DNA from: a virus
Length of the DNA: 64,000 bases
IMG/VR virus record: IMGVR_UViG_3300020183_000020
Location: 32,001-96,000 of that record
Strand: one strand, 5' to 3'
This document shows, piece by piece, positions 19,309 to 27,111 of the stretch. Made by a program: the position numbers and the translations under genes. How positions within the stretch are numbered: position 1 is the first letter of the stretch; every line of letters starts with the position of its first letter. The notes beneath the pieces were generated by a model that was not told the origin of the DNA, made no database searches, and saw only the letters and a list, made by a program, of their open reading frames with translations.

Positions 19309-19686
19309 CTAATAAATCAGTCCCCCTCCGTCCGTTGGACTGCCCTCATTAAAAAAGAACACAAGTTCCTTCGCAAGATAGCCGAGTAAGAACAAATCAA
19401 ACGAATCGGCAAAATGACGGTGTTCTATCTTTGAGTATGTCCTCTCATATATCCGATATATCCTAGGCATATCACCTCGATAGATACGCCTAAATTCCTC
19501 GTTGAATACTTTATAAAAGTAGTTCCCCCAAGTAGGACGGACAAGCATCTTAGATGCAAACTCCTCCTCCAACATCTCAAGAACTAGGTTCTCTGTCTCC
19601 CTATAGTACTGAAAACTCTCCATCTTCGCATAAACATCCTCCCTAGTAAGAAGCGGGGTCTGCTTTTTATTCGATCTCCTGTACAT
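19309..19686 (-). CDS. Hypothetical protein
   Basis: GAGGAG RBS. Confidence 0.7.
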   Translation of the reverse strand: MYRRSNKKQTPLLTREDVYAKMESFQYYRETENLVLEMLEEEFASKMLVRPTWGNYFYKVFNEEFRRIYRGDMPRIYRIYERTYSKIEHRHFADSFDLFLLGYLAKELVFFFNEGSPTDGGGLIY

Positions 19687-19724
19687 TCTAGGCTCCTCTT
19701 AGTCTCACTTATAGTGAATGATCA

Positions 19725-20141
19725 TTAAGAACCTAGCGACTTTTTATCCATTAAGAACTGCCCTAAAGATGCACGAACGGATAACCACACACTCACATCA
19801 CAAGGGTCACCTAGGTTTTCTTTACCCATCTGATCTATTTCGGAACAAATACGCTGAACAGTACTCACGGCAAATTGCTCTTTGTTTTTCATGATGTATC
19901 TAGCTACATCAGAAACTACATAAGTTCGCCTTCCTAATGCGTACCTAAAAGATAGGAACAACAACTGATCTAGTTCTTGTACAGATATCAGAGCCATTTG
20001 CTCTACACTTCTATTGTCCAAGACCGCAGCCTCCCCATCGGAGTTGACGGCATTAATCTTATTACTTAAAGGCACCTGATCTTCAGTAATAAGATATGTG
20101 TGTGAACCCGACATAACCACGGTTGCTTTTCTAAGCGTCAT
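19725..20141 (-). CDS. Hypothetical phage protein
   Basis: FRYALGRRTYVV motif; N-terminus similar to the C-terminus of 20548-21006. Confidence 0.7.
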   Translation of the reverse strand: MTLRKATVVMSGSHTYLITEDQVPLSNKINAVNSDGEAAVLDNRSVEQMALISVQELDQLLFLSFRYALGRRTYVVSDVARYIMKNKEQFAVSTVQRICSEIDQMGKENLGDPCDVSVWLSVRASLGQFLMDKKSLGS

Positions 20142-20267
20142 TACTCACTCTTTCTCTTTCAGGGTATTGGATAGTGCTTTACCGATCCTAGTGCAGAGAC
20201 ACAATCAAATCGTAGTCGCTGATTTCCTTTATAAGGATGATTCCCTCAAAAGGGGGTCAATGCCCGA

Positions 20268-20606
20268 TTATATAGAATCTGTTTTCGCCCATCCAACACT
20301 TAGTGCGAAAGCCTGTTCTTTCAGCTTGAAGGCTTCCCGCTCCATCTCCATTATTTCTCGCGTGTGGAAGCCATGCGGACCCGACTCAAACACGAGCAGA
20401 AATAGAGCTATGCTGTAGTTAGTTACTCTGTTTACCGCCCGAGTAGCCTTCTTGTTATCCCCACAAGCCACAGCTAGCTCGACATCTTTGAAAGCCCTTT
20501 TGGTCAGGGCGAGATAATGCTTTGCTTTTAGGTGTTCCTCGTTTGGGCTACTTAGGGAGGGCGTGGAGTTTGAGGTATCGAATGTCGAGGACACAGGATT
20601 CTCCAT
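20268..20606 (-). CDS. Hypothetical protein (start uncertain)
   Basis: 112-aa ORF; its 3' end is duplicated at 21721-21821. Confidence 0.5.
   Translation of the reverse strand: MENPVSSTFDTSNSTPSLSSPNEEHLKAKHYLALTKRAFKDVELAVACGDNKKATRAVNRVTNYSIALFLLVFESGPHGFHTREIMEMEREAFKLKEQAFALSVGWAKTDSI
20275..20375. repeat. 101-bp direct repeat, copy 1
   Basis: 6 mismatches versus 21721-21821. Confidence 0.9.
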
Positions 20607-21006
20607 TTGCGTTCCTAGCGTGGATTTTATGCGACTGAGGTACTTGGTCTTCGCTTAGTGTGTAGAGATGTACATCCTCGGAGACAACCATGTCTTTCTT
20701 AAAGACAAAGTTTTTGCTGACGATGGGTAAGAGGCTCAGGAAATGATTTATGGGGAGATAAGGATATATCTCCCCATCCCATATGGGGAACCCAAAAGGC
20801 AGGTACGGAGGGCAGGTGTACTGCATATCCTTCAAACAAAAAAATAACTCAACTGAGAGATATCTCCCATCTTGGTCTTCTTCTGAGTATGATCCTTCTC
20901 CCGCATAAATAAAAAGATCATGGTCTTGATCTACTTCAATCTTATAGAGCTTGCTTATGGGTCTGATACATTCAAATCCATAATCGAGTAAAACTCGTAA
21001 TTCCAT
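20548..21006 (-). CDS. Hypothetical protein
   Basis: 152-aa ORF with AAGG RBS. Confidence 0.65.
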   Translation of the reverse strand: MELRVLLDYGFECIRPISKLYKIEVDQDHDLFIYAGEGSYSEEDQDGRYLSVELFFCLKDMQYTCPPYLPFGFPIWDGEIYPYLPINHFLSLLPIVSKNFVFKKDMVVSEDVHLYTLSEDQVPQSHKIHARNANGESCVLDIRYLKLHALPK

Positions 21007-21045
21007 TTGGAGTGCCTTTCAAGTTTATTCCCTGTTCTCAGGGAT

Positions 21046-21489
21046 TTAACAGGTTGCGTTATCTTCCAACAGCACCACATCCCCCCCCTTCACCACATGG
21101 AGCAACATCGCCATCACACCGATGTCGGGGATGTCGCAATCCTTAACGAACACGCGATACATCCCTATACGAGAGTATAGAGAAAAGACCTTCCCTTCAG
21201 TTGTCACAAAAGTCCACCCATGTGAGTCTCCCTCAACACGATGAGGGGTGCCAAACGCCTTGAGAAAGTTCCCCTCCTCGTCTGTGAGCAAGCCACCATA
21301 ACCCTGAGTCGTGGTCATAGTAGCCTTCCTCAGAAAAGGGGTCGAGGAAAAGTTTCCCATAGAGACTTCAGATAAAGCGAGCTTGAAGGCGGCGGAAGTC
21401 GCCTCGTTACGAACTGCAAGGTCAGCGTCGGAGACGACATGACCGGGCGGGATGGGGGAAACGCTTAATACAACAAACGGCTTACTCAT
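21046..21489 (-). CDS. Hypothetical protein
   Basis: 147-aa ORF with AAGGT RBS. Confidence 0.7.
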   Translation of the reverse strand: MSKPFVVLSVSPIPPGHVVSDADLAVRNEATSAAFKLALSEVSMGNFSSTPFLRKATMTTTQGYGGLLTDEEGNFLKAFGTPHRVEGDSHGWTFVTTEGKVFSLYSRIGMYRVFVKDCDIPDIGVMAMLLHVVKGGDVVLLEDNATC

Positions 21490-21720
21490 ATCTGAACTAC
21501 CTTTTGACCCTTGAGGGGTCTAATGTGGTCTATTAGACGGAAGCCTTTTGAGTACAAAGGCTCGCATCATCGGGACACACGGACTAATGGAATATCTTCG
21601 CTCGTCATACACTTCATCAAAAGGGGAAAGTTCTGCAATCAGCACTTTCAGCACATTTTGGATAAGTTCACACGAACTCACAGATTGGACAATCTTCACG
21701 GATTGATCCTTATGCTGTGG

Positions 21721-21821
21721 GAATCTGTTTTTGCCCATCCAACACTTAGTTCGAAAGCCTGTTCTTTCAGCTTGAAGGCTCCCCGCTCCATCTCCATTAT
21801 TTCTCGGATATGGAAGCCATG
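21721..21821. repeat. 101-bp direct repeat, copy 2 (remnant of a paralogue of 20268-20606)
   Basis: Overlaps the last codons of the C5 MTase. Confidence 0.9.
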
Positions 21822-22998
21822 TGTTCTTTCAAGGAGTGTTTGATATTCTTGGCAATTTCTTGAAAGATAACAGTAGGAACCGATTCACCAAGCGATTGCC
21901 TAATCTTAAGCTCTTCTTTTTTTAAGAATTTTGTTTTATCAGCCAATGAGAGATTGTTTAGATATTCTAAATCATGAACTGCCCATTTGAAAGATGATGG
22001 AACCGTCATCATGCACATCAACTCTCGGATACTAAATACGCGGTCATCCGCAGGATGTATCGTATTTTGACTAGCGAGTTGGTCATTTCGAGTGTGAATG
22101 CAAGGGCCAATTTTATCCCAATATTGACGCTTATATTTGTCACCATTTTTTTGTTGATTAATAACAATGCTTCCGTCTTTCACTTGGTGTGGTTTTTTAT
22201 GATTGTCCTTGTTTTCAAATGCAGATTGCCCCTCTTTTAAATCACAAATCCACTCCCTCATGTGTTTTGGATAGACTCTAAAAGCATGATAAATATCATT
22301 TGAGTCAATTTCTCCGAGGATTTTAAGTGGTCTTAGGTGACCGATTACCTCTCTTAAAGTATTCTCTTTTTTTAACGATGGATATAAGTCATATGGTGAT
22401 ATATCATCTGCTAACTCATTCAAAACGCCAATAACTAATGTTCTTTGCCTACTTGAGCACGCTCCATGATTTTTGAAATTTATTGTTTTGGATATGTAAG
22501 AGTATTGTCCACCCAAGGCGTTTTTAATTGCACTCTCAATCGTTTTGTCCACATAATCAATATCCGTACAAATGGTTTTCATAAAAGCTGGGACATTTTC
22601 AAATATAAAAATTCTCGGCTTAATTTTACTGATTAGTTTAATAGACTCTACCACCAAAGAATTTCTAATAATTTCATCACCTTTCTTATTATGATTGGCG
22701 ACCGACATCCCTTGGCAAGGTGGAGTTGCGATAACAACATCAATCTGATTAACTTTCTCTTTTTTTTCCCACAGATCAATTTCTGCGATCACTTGAGATT
22801 TGATTTCATCAGTAGATATGTCCCCATAGATATATCCACTTCCATACTTACACTTAGTATTAAATCTTTGAATATCCAATCGTCTTTGAATTAATTCATT
22901 AGTAGCTACGCATTCAAAACCCTCTGATTTAAAACCATAACATCCGATGCCCGCACCGCTGAAAAGACTAATATATGTTAGTTTGTTTTTTTTTTCAT
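21797..22998 (-). CDS. DNA (cytosine-5)-methyltransferase, frameshifted at an A10 tract after the start codon
   Basis: Motif I LFSGAG, IV TPPCQG, VI FENV, VIII SRQR, X GESVP; ATG 22998 with GGAG RBS is out of frame with the body. Confidence 0.85.
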
Positions 22999-23098
22999 TT
23001 GTCTGTTTCTCCGTCGTTCGGTTGTGGGGGCTTTAACAACTAGTCAGTATAGTCTGAACACTCATAGGTCTTTCGTTCGGGTTCTCATTTCTTATGAA

Positions 23099-23172
23099 TG
23101 GGCAATCTGGGGCTTGAACCCAGGACCGACCGTTTATGAGACGGGTGCTCTAACCAACTGAGCTAAATGCCC
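23099..23172 (-). tRNA. tRNA with CAT anticodon, probably Ile2 (lysidine), alternatively Met
   Basis: GGGCATTTAGCTCAGTTGGTTAGAGCA CCCGT CTCATAA ACGGT...GGTTCAAGCC; CCA not encoded. Confidence 0.9.
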
Positions 23173-23178
23173 TTAGAT

Positions 23179-23267
23179 TCAATGTCCCATCTGACTGTGC
23201 CGCTTCTATACGGCTGCCACCAGATTGTACGATTTAAGCTGAGGTTCACGACCGTAGAGAACATTGA
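23179..23267 (-). ncRNA. Unassigned structured RNA (three-way junction) between tRNAs
   Basis: 9-bp closing stem plus two hairpins; G-U pairs form only on the minus strand. Confidence 0.5.
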
Positions 23268-23268
23268 G

Positions 23269-23342
<74 letters not shown>

Positions 23343-23390
23343 TTATATGAACACTATACCACGCCGACGGGGGCGTTATAACATTTCAAA

Positions 23391-23472
23391 TGCCCAAGGT
23401 CGGACTTGAACCGACACTCCCGAAGGAAACGGATTTTGAATCCGCCGCGTCTACCAATTCCACCACTCGGGC
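23391..23472 (-). tRNA. tRNA-Leu(CAA)
   Basis: GCCCGAGTGGTGGAATTGGTAGAC..GCGGA TTCAAAA TCCGT; long variable arm; GGTTCAAGTC. Confidence 0.95.
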
Positions 23473-23569
23473 TAATGTCCCCATCCGTTGATGGGGAGGG
23501 GAGGTTTGAACCGCTGTTCTCCTACACTAGTATAGAAACCTGACTAGGACTTCAAGGAAAAAAGAAGCA

Positions 23570-23959
23570 TCAGCCCCATTTTAACAGAAAAGGTTTTTTA
23601 TCCTTGGGGTGTAGAGGATATCTCAGAACATCTGAGATAGGAACCCACTTCCAATCCATGTGTTCGTCATTGATGGTGGGCGTAAACTTTACATCTACTT
23701 CGGCTAGATAGAGCGTGTACCCACTACAGTAGATTTCGTCATAGATTTGATACGGCACCCCGCTGCCAATAAGTTGCCGTTCTTCATCTCCTCCTAGCTC
23801 TTCATATGTTTCTCTGAGAGCTGTGGTGTAGTGATCTTCGCCTTCTTCAGTCTTCCCCCCTGGGAAGTTCCATGTACCGCCCCACTTGTCGTGTGGAGAT
23901 AAGACCCTCTTTAGGATAAGCGTATCACTTCCACATATGAACATAACTCCTGCACCCAT
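23570..23959 (-). CDS. Nudix hydrolase
   Basis: Nudix box GGKTEEGEDHYTTALRETYEELG. Confidence 0.92.
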   Translation of the reverse strand: MGAGVMFICGSDTLILKRVLSPHDKWGGTWNFPGGKTEEGEDHYTTALRETYEELGGDEERQLIGSGVPYQIYDEIYCSGYTLYLAEVDVKFTPTINDEHMDWKWVPISDVLRYPLHPKDKKPFLLKWG

Positions 23960-24081
23960 ACTAGTTCTCCTTCTTATGGTGTCGATTAGGTCTAGGTTTT
24001 ACCAAGTGGGCTGAGTTTTCTTATTTCTTTTATACTAGTTGCATATGTCGGTCAAAAAACCGACCCTATGGAGTCACAATC

Positions 24082-24474
24082 ATGATAAGAAGAACCGCTA
24101 GTGAAGTTTTAAGAAGCCTTGAGATGAGAGTCTCCCGCCTTGAGGGTAAGACAGCGACTCGCAGAACCGCTGCCAAGAAAATCCGTTTGGATAGAAATGT
24201 GGAGCAGAGGGTGATGAGAGAGATCGCTGATCGGTTTGACATAGAAATGGATGAAGACTCATATTATTGGCACAACCCTGTTTTTGAGGTTTTAGCTGAA
24301 GAAAAGGGTAGCCGCAATGTGTCCGAAGGTTCAATATTTCAGCTTCTAAAGCTAGCGAATGACGACTACTATGTGGTGCTACAGGTCATCCCTTTCGCAA
24401 ATGACTCGGACATCATAGGTGTTTACGACAGCATCTCTGATGCCCTGCGTGATTTCAAGCTAGCCAACCGCTAA
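24082..24474 (+). CDS. Putative virion-internal protein with RRTASEVLRSLEMRVSRLE-GKTA tag
   Basis: GGAG RBS; TATTTCTTTTAT at 24022-24033. Confidence 0.7.
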   Translation: MIRRTASEVLRSLEMRVSRLEGKTATRRTAAKKIRLDRNVEQRVMREIADRFDIEMDEDSYYWHNPVFEVLAEEKGSRNVSEGSIFQLLKLANDDYYVVLQVIPFANDSDIIGVYDSISDALRDFKLANR

Positions 24475-24492
24475 TAAGCCTTCTATTATCTA

Positions 24493-24523
24493 ATGTAGCT
24501 CCATACCGACAATGGAGCTACAT
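24493..24523 (+). promoter_or_regulatory. 12-bp hairpin sequestering the GGAG RBS of the thermonuclease
   Basis: ATGTAGCTCCAT-N7-ATGGAGCTACAT. Confidence 0.65.
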
Positions 24524-24525
24524 AG

Positions 24526-24897
24526 ATGAAGTACCTGTATCACTACGAAGCTGAGGTTTTATCCGTATATGACGGAGATACCTGCACTCTTCAAATAGCC
24601 TGTGGGTTTGATATGTTCACGCGGGTGACATTTAGGCTGACGGGGATAGACACGCCTGAGATGAAGTCCAAAGACGCGACCAAGAAAGAGGCGGCAGTAT
24701 CTGCGAGAGACCACTTAAGAAGTCGTATCATGGGGAAGAAAGTAATAGTGAACACGAAGGAGAGAGAGAAGTACGGAAGGTGGCTCGGTTATTTGTGGGT
24801 GGATGAAAATGGGGATGAACTTGGGGAGTCTCTTAATGAGGAGATGATCCGTCTAGGTCACGCTTCTCCCTATGATGGTGGAAAGAAGACCCTATGA
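24526..24897 (+). CDS. Thermonuclease (SNase-like)
   Basis: VYDGDT, RLTGIDTPE, EKYGRWLG, LNEEMIRLGHA. Confidence 0.92.
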   Translation: MKYLYHYEAEVLSVYDGDTCTLQIACGFDMFTRVTFRLTGIDTPEMKSKDATKKEAAVSARDHLRSRIMGKKVIVNTKEREKYGRWLGYLWVDENGDELGESLNEEMIRLGHASPYDGGKKTL

Positions 24898-24914
24898 TGG
24901 GGGAAAGAAGAGCG

Positions 24915-25295
24915 TTATTCCTTTTCAGGTGCGGTTTGGATAACCAAACCATCTAAGTCCATGAGGTCAACAGGTTCATCAAAAGACGGCTCATCGGGTA
25001 CCTCAGGGATAAAGTCGAAAAGCCCCTGAGTTTCGTTCATCCAATCCTCGTACTTCTCTGCCTTGTCGGACTCGTGCCAAGAGTCGGACAACCCATCAAA
25101 GTAGTCTTGCTGTGCGTCTACCACATCTTGGATGGCGTTGATGAGGTCGTCACTCTTGGACGAGACCTGCAAGAGAAGGTTCTCCAACTTGTCCCGAGCC
25201 TCAGCGAGGGCTGTGTTGTATGCCTCGATAGAGGCGTTGAGGTCAGCGAATCCATTTTGGATATCCTTTTGCTGTGCCATATTGAACTTGATCAT
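24915..25295 (-). CDS. Acidic coiled-coil hypothetical protein
   Basis: GGGGAG RBS; YFDGLSDSWHESDKAEKYEDW; GC-richer codons. Confidence 0.75.
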   Translation of the reverse strand: MIKFNMAQQKDIQNGFADLNASIEAYNTALAEARDKLENLLLQVSSKSDDLINAIQDVVDAQQDYFDGLSDSWHESDKAEKYEDWMNETQGLFDFIPEVPDEPSFDEPVDLMDLDGLVIQTAPEKE

Positions 25296-25333
25296 GCTGA
25301 TCTCCCCGTTTGGTTGGGTGGTGGTTGCCCCTC

Positions 25334-25363
25334 TCTAATGCACCACTAGAGGGTTTGGGATAC
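25334..25363 (-). promoter_or_regulatory. Early-type promoter GTATCCCA-N15-CATTAGA
   Basis: Same motif and spacing. Confidence 0.65.
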
Positions 25364-25391
25364 AAAATTTGTAGTCTTTAATTAGGAAGAG

Positions 25392-26276
25392 CTAGTTCTT
25401 TACTATAAGGATTTCGTGAGAAGCCTTCGGCGTATTTCCTATTTCCTGCTTATTTTTGCCGACGCGGGTTTCACCTTGTCCATATGAATATGCCCATTCA
25501 GGAAAGTAAAACTCGAACCCCTCATAGTAATTACGGATTTCTTCGCAGTCGTTGTATGAGAGAACGAACCGACCTTTATGGGAGTGGAGCAAGTCTCTCA
25601 GCTTCTCATGGTCGAAGGAGTTATGGTGAACCGCGAAGTTTCCATTGGGGTATAGCCCCTTGAACATCTTGTTGTCCTCAGACTCCTCTAAGAAATAAGG
25701 AGGGTCTAGGTAGAGGACATCATTTGGGTGAGCCTCGATGACTTTCTCGAAGCTGCTTTCTTCTACTATGAGGGAAGGGTTGCGGTAGTTTCTGAGCTTA
25801 TAACACATATCCTCCCATTTCTTGGGGGTATATATCGAGGAGAGCCAACCGAGATATTGAGGTCCGTAGGACAGGTTATGGTTGAAGAAATAATAGGCTG
25901 CTCCGATGATAGGGTCGAGTTCGATAGGGTTTCGAGCATAGTGGTTGGTATGCCAACCCACGAAGAGAGCTTGGCTTTTGTTCCAAGAGAGGAGCTGTTC
26001 TTTGATGGTGTCGTAGTCTGACAGGCTGAGTTTAGAGGCTTCCTCGTAGAGTTTCTGAGGTTCTGTGAGAAGAACTCGCCAAAAGTTTACGAGGATTGAG
26101 AATATGTCGAAGCCTAAAACTTGAACCATTTTCTCACTTGCCCACCGAGACTCAAGGCTCCCTCCACCGAGAAAGGGAGAAACGATAGTTTTGGGATAGC
26201 TCTTGGAGAATAAGTGTGGGGTGATTAGCTCATACGCTTTTGACTTACCACCAGGGTATCTTAAGGGAGTCTTCAC
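25392..26276 (-). CDS. Dam-like (D12 class) DNA adenine methyltransferase
   Basis: PLRYPGGKS, SPFLGGGS, YLDPPY, FVLSYND. Confidence 0.92.
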   Translation of the reverse strand: MKTPLRYPGGKSKAYELITPHLFSKSYPKTIVSPFLGGGSLESRWASEKMVQVLGFDIFSILVNFWRVLLTEPQKLYEEASKLSLSDYDTIKEQLLSWNKSQALFVGWHTNHYARNPIELDPIIGAAYYFFNHNLSYGPQYLGWLSSIYTPKKWEDMCYKLRNYRNPSLIVEESSFEKVIEAHPNDVLYLDPPYFLEESEDNKMFKGLYPNGNFAVHHNSFDHEKLRDLLHSHKGRFVLSYNDCEEIRNYYEGFEFYFPEWAYSYGQGETRVGKNKQEIGNTPKASHEILIVKN

Positions 26277-26369
26277 GGAGGTTCCTTAACGCTTTAGACT
26301 TTTTATAGTGGTTTATACCACACCCATCCATTAGGGGTATGTCCCTAGTCCATCAGTTCTGAGTGTTTT

Positions 26370-27023
26370 TCAGAAGACTATCCGATACGGATAAATGGAT
26401 TGGATAGTTAGGGGCTGAAGTTTATCTATTGCGATAAATGCGGATTTTCCTTTGTCCCTTGCCGCGTGAGCTCGGACAAACTCACGCCTAAAGTTGTTGG
26501 GGTCTGTTAAGTCGTTTGGGCTAGAGAGACCTGCTATGTAGAACATCTCCCGATCATTAGAGGTTTCCCTGAAGACAATCACCTCAGGTGAAGAGCCTTG
26601 TCGGTTGGGGTACATTATGGGATAGTTCCCCCAGCAGACGCTCTTTACTCCGACCGCATATCCCGCTTGGCTAAGATCGGAAGAGAATTCTTGCGAGCAC
26701 CTAACGGATAAGTCCAACACTTCGGTGAAGTCCAAACCCAAGAACTTGCAGACCGCAGCTTCGCCGTACAGCCCCGTCCTCCATCTTTTTTCTTCCTCGT
26801 TGGGGTCTTTCTGATGGTCTGCTTCGGTCTTCTTCTTTTTTATGATTTTAAAAATACGCTCATCGAGGTAGTCCACCTCCCCTTTATCCAATTCGACTTT
26901 TGGATATGTGTTCTTGAGTGGTGCGACACAGATTTGAAAGTGCTGTTCGGCATCACCCCACTTCACAAGTTTTTCGGGTGTAACTGCGACATCTGCATCG
27001 TCAAAGTCTTTTATCCAATTCAT
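26370..27023 (-). CDS. Putative PD-(D/E)xK-like endonuclease
   Basis: GLYGEAAV...SD...VGVKS; directly upstream of the MTase; the acidic residue before K is replaced by G. Confidence 0.45.
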   Translation of the reverse strand: MNWIKDFDDADVAVTPEKLVKWGDAEQHFQICVAPLKNTYPKVELDKGEVDYLDERIFKIIKKKKTEADHQKDPNEEEKRWRTGLYGEAAVCKFLGLDFTEVLDLSVRCSQEFSSDLSQAGYAVGVKSVCWGNYPIMYPNRQGSSPEVIVFRETSNDREMFYIAGLSSPNDLTDPNNFRREFVRAHAARDKGKSAFIAIDKLQPLTIQSIYPYRIVF

Positions 27024-27111
27024 GTTATTCCTCCGTTGTGTGTTCTCTTACATATAGGAATTGTAATGGTTCTATGAATCCTAAAAGGTATCTCGATATT
27101 AGGTGAGAAAT

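Noticed and set aside
21511-21843. ORFs 21511-21843(+), 21520-21738(-) and 20098-20418(+) as genes
   Set aside because: They overlap the duplicated remnant in antisense or shifted frames, with no RBS support
23179-23267. tRNA-associated HDV-like (theta) or hammerhead ribozyme, or SRP RNA
   Set aside because: I could not fit the nested pseudoknot, the CUGANGA/GAAA core or the SRP helix-8 motif; kept as an unassigned RNA
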